Source: a virus (taxonomy: Duplodnaviria; Caudoviricetes). From it: a DNA stretch of 53,313 bases. Position numbers and translations under genes: made by a program. Positions 46,762 through 53,313 of the stretch are shown here, piece by piece. The DNA is taken from the IMG/VR virus record IMGVR_UViG_3300009164_000103, positions 1 through 53,313 of that record; one strand, 5' to 3'. Every line of letters begins with the position of its first letter. Within the stretch, counting starts at the first letter, position 1. The notes below the pieces were generated by a model, which did not search any database, was not told the origin of the DNA, and worked only from the letters and a program-made list of their open reading frames with translations.

Positions 46762-47259
46762 ATGGCTAACACTTCATTTACTGGGCCTGTACGAAGCCAA
46801 AATGGTTTCGCGGGTTACAGCCCAACTGATGCGAATAATGCTTCGCTTACGCTTTCTGCCCAAGGCACTGGTGTTGTACTCAACACTTCTAGCGTTACGT
46901 TCTTTGAGGCAAACCCCACTGCGGTAACGACTACTGCGGCGGTTACTTATACGCCTGCTCAGTTGAAACTTGGATTCATCCTTCGTGACCCTAACGGCGG
47001 TGCACGTGCCGACTTGTTTCCTACGGCGGCTGATCTTCTGACCGCTGTTCCTAGTGCCGCTATTGGTACCTCTTTCATCGTTACCATTCGCAACACGGCT
47101 GATGCTGCTGAGACGATTACGATGACGACCAACACTGGACTGACTTTGAGCGGAACGATGACGATTGCTCAGAACGCGCAGAAGGACTTCTTCGTTAACT
47201 TCACCGACGTAACCACTGCTGCTGTAACGATCTACAGCATGGGCAGCACTACGTTCTAA
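46762..47259 (+). CDS. Virion structural protein
   Basis: AAGGAG RBS; MANTSFTGPVRSQNGF N-terminus; Thr-rich beta content. Confidence 0.7.
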   Translation: MANTSFTGPVRSQNGFAGYSPTDANNASLTLSAQGTGVVLNTSSVTFFEANPTAVTTTAAVTYTPAQLKLGFILRDPNGGARADLFPTAADLLTAVPSAAIGTSFIVTIRNTADAAETITMTTNTGLTLSGTMTIAQNAQKDFFVNFTDVTTAAVTIYSMGSTTF

Positions 47260-47266
47260 GTCTCCA

Positions 47267-47605
47267 ATGCGGAGTTTTAAGAAAACTTCTGGTGGTGGTA
47301 TTGAATACAGGGGACATACGTTCCCTGGTTTCAACAAGCCAATAGAGTCGAGCAAACCGGAAAAGAAGAAGATGGTACTCGCCAAGGAAGGCGACAAGGT
47401 GAAGTTGATTCACTTTGGCGATTCTAGTATGGGCCATAACTATTCTGCTGCTGCACGAAAGAGTTACATGGCACGTTCTGCTGGTATCAAGGGAGCCGAT
47501 TCTAAGTTGTCGGCAAACTATTGGTCACGAAAAGTATTGTGGTCTGGTCCTGGCGGGATTAAGAAACCTCCTCCAGCTAGCCAGAAGAGGAAATTATATG
47601 AATAG
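47267..47605 (+). CDS. Basic conserved phage protein
   Basis: FPGFNKP, KLIHFGD, ARKSYMAR, SANYWSRKVLW. Confidence 0.7.
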   Translation: MRSFKKTSGGGIEYRGHTFPGFNKPIESSKPEKKKMVLAKEGDKVKLIHFGDSSMGHNYSAAARKSYMARSAGIKGADSKLSANYWSRKVLWSGPGGIKKPPPASQKRKLYE

Positions 47606-47867
47606 CGATTTACAATGTAAGAAGTTGACCGCATCTGGCACTGTATTTAATGGGCCGGGGCGTGTCGTCAGTATAGTTTCTTATACTGGTCTAGCTGGTT
47701 CATTGCAGCTAAGAGATGGTGGGGCTAGTGGAACTATCCTAGTAGACATTGATTTTCCAGCTAGCACTACGAATAGTTTTTTCTTGGGCGGTAATGGTGT
47801 TAGGTTTTCAACTAACATTTATTTGACTGTTTCCAATGTTACTTCAGCTACTATTTGCTGGGGTTAA
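47598..47867 (+). CDS. Small beta-rich structural protein
   Basis: GAGGA RBS; start MNSDLQ; LQLRDGGASG, GVRFSTNIY. Confidence 0.65.
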   Translation: MNSDLQCKKLTASGTVFNGPGRVVSIVSYTGLAGSLQLRDGGASGTILVDIDFPASTTNSFFLGGNGVRFSTNIYLTVSNVTSATICWG

Positions 47868-47870
47868 TTC

Positions 47871-48035
47871 ATGAAAGGAAAGATCACTTCAGCCAAGCGG
47901 CAACAGAACAAAGTTGAAAAGGTAATGCACGAGTTTAAGTCTGGAAAGCTAAAGTCATCTTCTGGTGCCAAGGTTACCGATCCAAAACAGGGTATTGCTA
48001 TTGCATTGTCTGAGTCTCGGAGGCTTAAGCGATGA
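47871..48035 (+). CDS. DUF6496-like small basic protein (not in ORF track)
   Basis: KVEKVMHEFKSGKLKSSSGAKVTDPKQGIAIALSE. Confidence 0.7.
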   Translation: MKGKITSAKRQQNKVEKVMHEFKSGKLKSSSGAKVTDPKQGIAIALSESRRLKR

Positions 48036-48235
48036 TTGGAAGATTCAACATGGGCAAGGAGATCGGAACTCCTTCGATGTCAAAGAAGAAGTCCAGCACT
48101 GGCTCGTATCCTCCATCCGCTGTCTCTAGCAAGTTCTCCAGTATCAAAACTCCAAGCATCAAAACCCCTAGTATCAAAGCGCCTAAGGTAAAGATGTCCA
48201 AGATGCAAGCGCCTAAACTTAAGAAAGGGTTCTAA
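48032..48235 (+). CDS. Lys/Ser-rich hypothetical protein
   Basis: Start/stop overlaps at both ends; SIKTP repeats. Confidence 0.55.
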   Translation: MIGRFNMGKEIGTPSMSKKKSSTGSYPPSAVSSKFSSIKTPSIKTPSIKAPKVKMSKMQAPKLKKGF

Positions 48236-48630
48236 TGGGCTATACCAAGCCAGAGCTTAGAGAACGCATCAAGTCTCAGGTCATGGCCTCCAGTAAGGGA
48301 GGAGATCCTGGGCAGTGGTCTGCTCGTAAGGCGCAACTAGTAGCTCAGAAGTATGAGTCTGCTGGTGGTGGGTACTCCGGTAATAAGTCTAGCGCACAGA
48401 GTAGCTTGTCGAAATGGGGCAAGGAAGACTGGACCACTAAGAGTGGCAAGCCTTCTACACAAGGGCCTAAGGCTACTGGTGAGCGGTATCTCCCTAAGAA
48501 GGCGATTCAGTCCATGCCTTCTAGTGTGTATGCTGCTTCGACTAAGGCCAAGCGAGAAGACACAAAAGCAGGTAAGCAGTTTTCTAGTCAGCCAGAATCT
48601 GCGAAGAAGATTTCAAAGAGGTTCATGTAA
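48235..48630 (+). CDS. DUF5872-like basic protein
   Basis: YTKPELRERIK...KGG.PGQWSARKAQL...GGGY; ERYLP. Confidence 0.7.
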   Translation: MGYTKPELRERIKSQVMASSKGGDPGQWSARKAQLVAQKYESAGGGYSGNKSSAQSSLSKWGKEDWTTKSGKPSTQGPKATGERYLPKKAIQSMPSSVYAASTKAKREDTKAGKQFSSQPESAKKISKRFM

Positions 48631-49322
48631 TGGCTACTTCTGGAACTGCAAATTTCAACATCAACATCCTCGACATAATCGAAGAGGCTTACGAACGAAT
48701 TGGTGTTGAGATAAAGGGTGGCTACGAGATTCGTACTGCTCGTCGCAGTCTCAATCTCTTGTCGATGGAGTGGGCTAATCGTGGGTTAAACCTTTGGTGT
48801 GTTGACCAAGAGACCCTTACCCTAGTCGCAGGCACTGCTACCTATGCACTTGCCAGCGATACGATTGACGTGCTGGAGGGTGTGATTCGTACCTATGCTG
48901 GACAGACGAATCAGCAGACAGACATTGCAATTACTCCTATCTCTTTTGTTACCTACAACACGTTGCCTAATAAGCTTATCCTTGGTACACCGATTCAGTA
49001 CTACGTTGCTAGGGATCAGGCCAACCCTGAGATCACGTTCTGGCAGGTGCCAGACAATACGATCTCTCGTCAGTTTGTATACTATCGTTTGCGTCGTCAG
49101 CAGGATGTTGGAACTAATTCAGACAACAACATGGATGTACCGTTTCGGTTTATCCCTGCACTCATATCTGGGTTAGCGTATCAGTTAGCCAACAAGCGCC
49201 CAGAATCATTTGCTCGAATCCCTGAATTGAAAGCTATGTACGAGGAAGACTTCCAACGTGCAGCAGATGAAGATCGTCAAAGGACTTCTGTAAGATTGAT
49301 TCCTGGGGGGTATGGTTTCTAA
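48630..49322 (+). CDS. Head-tail adaptor protein
   Basis: ARRSLNLL..EWANRGLNLW, DVPFRFIPALISGLAY, RAADEDR. Confidence 0.72.
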   Translation: MATSGTANFNINILDIIEEAYERIGVEIKGGYEIRTARRSLNLLSMEWANRGLNLWCVDQETLTLVAGTATYALASDTIDVLEGVIRTYAGQTNQQTDIAITPISFVTYNTLPNKLILGTPIQYYVARDQANPEITFWQVPDNTISRQFVYYRLRRQQDVGTNSDNNMDVPFRFIPALISGLAYQLANKRPESFARIPELKAMYEEDFQRAADEDRQRTSVRLIPGGYGF

Positions 49323-49630
49323 TGTTTGCTGCTGGCAAACACGCAATCGCAATGTGCGACATCTGCGCTAGGCAGGTGAAGTACACTACGCTAAAGAAAT
49401 ACATATACAACGAGCAATGGAATGGATTGCTTGTATGTGATGAATGTTTTGATGTCGACAACCCACAACTTAAGATCGGTAAGTATGTGCGCGGTGAGTC
49501 GATTGCACTATCCAACCCGCGAACGGATTCAACGCAAAACCCTCCGACTCGTGAGTACTTTGGTTGGAACCCTGTTTTGCCCAACAAGATATACATAATC
49601 ATTGGAAAGGTTAGTATCTCTATCAGTTAA
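49322..49630 (+). CDS. Small zinc-binding virion-module protein
   Basis: CDIC...VCDECFD..NPQL...ALSNPR. Confidence 0.65.
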   Translation: MFAAGKHAIAMCDICARQVKYTTLKKYIYNEQWNGLLVCDECFDVDNPQLKIGKYVRGESIALSNPRTDSTQNPPTREYFGWNPVLPNKIYIIIGKVSISIS

Positions 49631-49639
49631 AAGGAATAT

Positions 49640-50863
49640 ATGCCCAAATTTAAAGATAAAGTAATTAGAAAAGCAGATGGTGGAAAGTATTTTCCAGGGG
49701 GAGACGAAGGTCCAGGCAACTACAACATGGCTGAAAGCGTCCGTGGGCTGTTTGCCAAAGGCTTGAACCAGAATCTTGAAAAAAAGATGTCTGACATCAA
49801 TAAATTCAATGATCGGGAGGGTGGACCCCTTTCAGGATTAAAGAATATTCGGAGTTCAGTTTATTCTCCAGGGATGGCGCGTGAAGGGATTGGTGGAGAC
49901 ATTATTCCACTAACTCGTTCCTCGTCTTCTGGTTTGTCTGGAATGAACCTTGCTCAGAAAGCGTTGGATCAATTTGCTAAAGGCTCTAATCGTTCTACTG
50001 CCAATGCAGCAAATACCGCCGCAAAGGCAAAGTCAACTCGTGCGGCTTCTCCTGAAATGGGCAGCATTTATAATGAGCCGATTTCTGTATCTGGAGAGGG
50101 AAGCGAGGTTGAGATGGAGCGCTCGCCAAATGATTATTTGACAGCTACCTCTGATGTTATGAACTTGCCTTCCCAAAGAAGGCAATCGGAAAGCGTTCTC
50201 CAAAACGCCATGTATGATGAGGCCCCAAACACCAGCTTTCCCTCTGCCAATGTCCCTAAGACCAAATCTGGGATGAAGAAATTCATGGACCAGTACGGAA
50301 AGTTCATTGCTCTTGGTGCGTTAGCTGGGGCTGGTGGGAAGAAAGGGATGATTGCTGCTCCTATTATAGCCGCGCTTCCTGGGATCATGAAGATGCTTCA
50401 GGGTCGAGGGAAGAAGACTACAGATACTCCTGAGAAGAAGATGGCTGGTGGCGCTATCCGCAAATTCAAAGGGGGTTCTATGAACACGATGAAAGAAAAT
50501 CTCGTCCCCAAGTACAAGAAGGGCGGCAACATGCCTAAGGGTATGCCTAAAGAAATGATGGCTATGATGGGCAAGAAGTATAAGAAGGGTGGTGAAATGT
50601 CTAAGGGCATGTCTCAAGGCATGATGGACATGATGGGCAAGAAGGGCAAAGCCACTGGCGACATGCCTGAGCACAAGAAGATGGATATGGGTATGCCTAT
50701 TGGCAAGATGCCTGATTCTAAGAAGATGGGTATGGCAAAGCCTAAGCCGTCGAGCATGGATCAGAAGTTTGCTAAGGGTGGTACCGCCAAGTATGCTAGC
50801 GGCGGTATGTGTAAGGGCTACGGTATCGCGAAGAAAATTCGTTCTACCGGAGTAATGAATTAA
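49640..50863 (+). CDS. Low-complexity Met/Lys/Gly-rich protein with repeated xxGG motifs
   Basis: AAGGA RBS; KYKKGG twice, FAKGG, YASGG, GYGIA. Confidence 0.65.
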   Translation: MPKFKDKVIRKADGGKYFPGGDEGPGNYNMAESVRGLFAKGLNQNLEKKMSDINKFNDREGGPLSGLKNIRSSVYSPGMAREGIGGDIIPLTRSSSSGLSGMNLAQKALDQFAKGSNRSTANAANTAAKAKSTRAASPEMGSIYNEPISVSGEGSEVEMERSPNDYLTATSDVMNLPSQRRQSESVLQNAMYDEAPNTSFPSANVPKTKSGMKKFMDQYGKFIALGALAGAGGKKGMIAAPIIAALPGIMKMLQGRGKKTTDTPEKKMAGGAIRKFKGGSMNTMKENLVPKYKKGGNMPKGMPKEMMAMMGKKYKKGGEMSKGMSQGMMDMMGKKGKATGDMPEHKKMDMGMPIGKMPDSKKMGMAKPKPSSMDQKFAKGGTAKYASGGMCKGYGIAKKIRSTGVMN

Positions 50864-50889
50864 TCAGTTACACTTGAGAGCAAGCCAGT

Positions 50890-51546
50890 ATGACATACGC
50901 TGAACTCAAAGAGCAAATACAAGATTACGTCCAGTCAAATGAAACAACCTTTCTTTCTAATCTGGATGGGATTATTCAGCTAGCTGAACAGCGTATCAAT
51001 AGTGATGTAAAATCTCCTGACTCTAGAGCTACCGCGACTGGAACTGTAACAACTCAAACGATCACAACTCCTAGCGATTTTGATACGGCATTGAGTTTGT
51101 TCGTGAGTATATCAGGTCTTCAAACTGGCTTGCTTCTTAAAGACCCTTCTTATCTTACTGAGGCGTATGGAGTCACCTCTTCCTCTGTAGGATCGACTGG
51201 AGCGCCTGCTTATTATGCAATTCAATCTGCTGGTGCTGCCTCTACAACTATAACTATCGCCCCATCGGCGAATCAGTCATACGCCTATACCTTGTATTAT
51301 TTGAGGGCACCAGTCACGATTGTTGGCGTTAGCAGCAATACTACTTGGTTAAGCACTAAATTCCCACAAACGCTGTTGTATGGTTGTCTGGTTGAGGCTT
51401 ATTCGTTCCTGAAGGGAGAGCCACAGATGCAACAGCAGTACGAGAAGCTATATCAGCTTGGCATGATTGAACTCAAGAAATTGTCTGAAGGCGATCAGCA
51501 CATGGATAACTACCGCAATACTGACATCAAGAGGAACATCGGATAA
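50890..51546 (+). CDS. Head-tail adaptor / tail protein
   Basis: MTYAELK..IQDY, AEQRI, PAYYA, TTWLS, LLYGCLVEAY.FLKG. Confidence 0.72.
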   Translation: MTYAELKEQIQDYVQSNETTFLSNLDGIIQLAEQRINSDVKSPDSRATATGTVTTQTITTPSDFDTALSLFVSISGLQTGLLLKDPSYLTEAYGVTSSSVGSTGAPAYYAIQSAGAASTTITIAPSANQSYAYTLYYLRAPVTIVGVSSNTTWLSTKFPQTLLYGCLVEAYSFLKGEPQMQQQYEKLYQLGMIELKKLSEGDQHMDNYRNTDIKRNIG

Positions 51547-51977
51547 TGGCTTTCACTGGAAGTTCTGTAACAAACTCATTCGAGAATCAGTTGTTCCTCG
51601 CGGTTCACGACTTCACTACTGATGTAATCAAGGTTGCACTGTACACGAGCAGCGCCACTATCGACAACTCTACTACTGCGTATAGCGCCACTAACGAAGT
51701 CTCTGGCACTGGTTACACTGCTGGGGGTAACACTCTTGCGCCTACTGTTACTCAAATAGGGAACTATGCGGTGCTGGATTTTGCAGACACTAGCTGGACT
51801 GCTGCTACGTTTACCTGTCGTGGTGCGTTGGTATACAACTCGTCGAAATCTAACAAGTCGATATTCGTCCTGGACTTTGGGACGAACAAGACTGTCACTG
51901 CTGGCACTCTGACTATTCAATTCCCAACTGCTGATGTGAACAACGCCATTGCCGTCATTAGCTCTGTGACCAATTAA
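51546..51977 (+). CDS. Tail-associated structural protein
   Basis: HDF, KVALYT, NEVSGTGYTAGG, RGALVYN, VLDFG, FTIQFP-like end. Confidence 0.7.
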   Translation: MAFTGSSVTNSFENQLFLAVHDFTTDVIKVALYTSSATIDNSTTAYSATNEVSGTGYTAGGNTLAPTVTQIGNYAVLDFADTSWTAATFTCRGALVYNSSKSNKSIFVLDFGTNKTVTAGTLTIQFPTADVNNAIAVISSVTN

Positions 51978-53313
51978 TGCCTTCTACATATACTTCAAAT
52001 AATAAGATTCAGAAGATTGCAACTGGAGAACAGTCCGGTACTTGGGGAAGCACTACCAATACCAACTTTGATTTGTTCGACACGGCGATAGATGGATTCG
52101 TTGCTGTTGCAATTACTGGCACAACGCACACGTTGAACATCCCTGATGGATCAGCAGCAGATGGGCGTAATAAGGTCTTGTCGTTTACTGGCGCACTCAC
52201 TGCTGCGAACACTGTCAGCGTCACGCCTAACACTGTCAAGAAGCATTATTTCGTACAGAACAACACGACTGGCTCTCAGAACGTAATCATCTATCAGGGG
52301 TCTGGTTCTACTGTAACGATCAAGCCTGGGTACTCTTCTGTTGTTTATCTTGATGGCGCTGGTGGTAGTGCCTCTGCTAAAGAGGTGCTTACTAGCCTTA
52401 AGCTGACTGCATTGCTTGAGGCTACTGGTGTGGTCTTTGTTGGATCTACCTCAGGCTCGACGACCTTACAGGCAACAGCTACTGCCTCTGGTACGCTTAC
52501 GATGCCTGCGGCTACAGATACTCTTGTTGGTAAAGCGACTACTGATACGTTCACGAACAAGACTCTGGATACCGCTGGCACAGGTAATGTCCTTCGTATT
52601 AATGGGACTCAGGTTAGTGCGGTAACAGGCACTGGATCTGTTGTGCTGGCAACGTCGCCTACTCTGGTCACTCCTGCTATTGGGACTCCAACGTCAGGTA
52701 CACTGACAAGCTGCACTGGTCTACCTATCTCTACCGGGGTATCTGGGCTTGGCAGTGGGGTAGCGACATTCCTTGCTACCCCTTCTAGTGCCAACTTAGC
52801 ATCTGCCGTAACGGATGAGACGGGTAGTGGAGCTTTGGTATTTGCTACCAGCCCGACCTTAGCCACTCCACTATTAGGCACCCCTACCTCTGGCACTCTG
52901 ACTAACTGTACTGGCTTACCAGTCTCTACTGGAGTAAGTGGATTAGGTACTGGAGTTGCAACATTCCTTGCAACACCTAGTTCAGCTAATCTTGCGACTG
53001 CTGTCACAGGAGAAACTGGGACTGGGGCGTTGGTGTTTGCTACTGGTCCAGTTTTAGTAAGTGCATCTCTTACTACATCTGATATTGGTACGCCTTCTTC
53101 TGGCGTTCTGACGAACTGCACGGGCCTCCCTATCGCTACTGGAGTGAGTGGGTTAGGTACTAGCGTAGCGACGTTCTTAGCTACGCCTTCTTCTGCTAAT
53201 CTAGCTGCTGCATTGACTGACGAGACAGGTACAGGTGCAAATGTATTTGCCACCTCGCCTACTCTGGTCACGCCTACGGTCACGACCAGCGCTGTGATCC
53301 CACTCGTCAACGG
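51977..53313 (+). CDS. Tail fibre, N-terminal part (3' partial; not in ORF track)
   Basis: TAATG-coupled start MPSTYTSNNKIQKIATGEQSGTWGSTTNTN; frame appears open to the window end; Thr/Gly-rich repeats. Confidence 0.85.
   Translation, partial: MPSTYTSNNKIQKIATGEQSGTWGSTTNTNFDLFDTAIDGFVAVAITGTTHTLNIPDGSAADGRNKVLSFTGALTAANTVSVTPNTVKKHYFVQNNTTGSQNVIIYQGSGSTVTIKPGYSSVVYLDGAGGSASAKEVLTSLKLTALLEATGVVFVGSTSGSTTLQATATASGTLTMPAATDTLVGKATTDTFTNKTLDTAGTGNVLRINGTQVSAVTGTGSVVLATSPTLVTPAIGTPTSGTLTSCTGLPISTGVSGLGSGVATFLATPSSANLASAVTDETGSGALVFATSPTLATPLLGTPTSGTLTNCTGLPVSTGVSGLGTGVATFLATPSSANLATAVTGETGTGALVFATGPVLVSASLTTSDIGTPSSGVLTNCTGLPIATGVSGLGTSVATFLATPSSANLAAALTDETGTGANVFATSPTLVTPTVTTSAVIPLVN
52626..53275 (+). 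repeat. Three-plus tandem ~62-67-aa repeats in the tail fibre
   Basis: TSPTLVTP..GTP.SG.LT.CTGLP..TGVSGLG..VATFLATPSSANLA.A.TDETG repeated. Confidence 0.85.

Noticed and set aside
45016-47397. Long antisense ORFs (219, 233 and 207 aa), and likewise 25826-26707 and 52609-53310
   Set aside because: Shadow frames of strongly codon-biased real genes, with no motifs, unlike the nested HNH frame.
51977-53313. Diversity-generating retroelement acting on the tail fibre
   Set aside because: No reverse transcriptase in the window, and the repeats differ at synonymous sites rather than specifically at adenines.
1-53313. Alternative genetic code or prophage state
   Set aside because: Genes are full length under the standard code with all three stop codons used; no integrase or host genes were seen.

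Overview
Near-complete (~53 kb) genome of a dsDNA tailed phage with podovirus-like organisation, broken inside the tail-fibre gene at both ends. Plus strand 37.7-53.3 kb and 1-16.5 kb carry the packaging and virion genes: TerL, portal, GroES, scaffold, major capsid, adaptors, tail fibre, tail tube/stabilisation protein and four large ejection-type proteins. A long minus-strand early/middle arm (32.6 to 16.5 kb) carries Gp88-like, MoxR-AAA/VWA, exonuclease, ERF, SSB-like, PRTase-like, RusA and dUTPase genes, interrupted by a plus-strand Twinkle/T7-gp4-like primase-helicase. TerS, an amidase, five AlpA/Xis-like HTH genes and several structured non-coding tracts lie at 32.7-37.7 kb. No integrase, DNA polymerase, tRNA or CRISPR array was seen. 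Highlights: (1) a 335-aa intein in TerL whose HNH homing endonuclease is encoded in the +1 frame, leaving ~885 nt stop-free in two frames; (2) two type I hammerhead ribozymes and nine copies of a TGTCTCA-N3-TGAGACA palindrome at gene junctions of the early operon; (3) a ~700-nt hairpin-rich non-coding region upstream of the HTH cluster; (4) a symmetric divergent promoter that appears to make two leaderless mRNAs. All protein calls come from motif recognition by eye; no database searches or folding programs were run.
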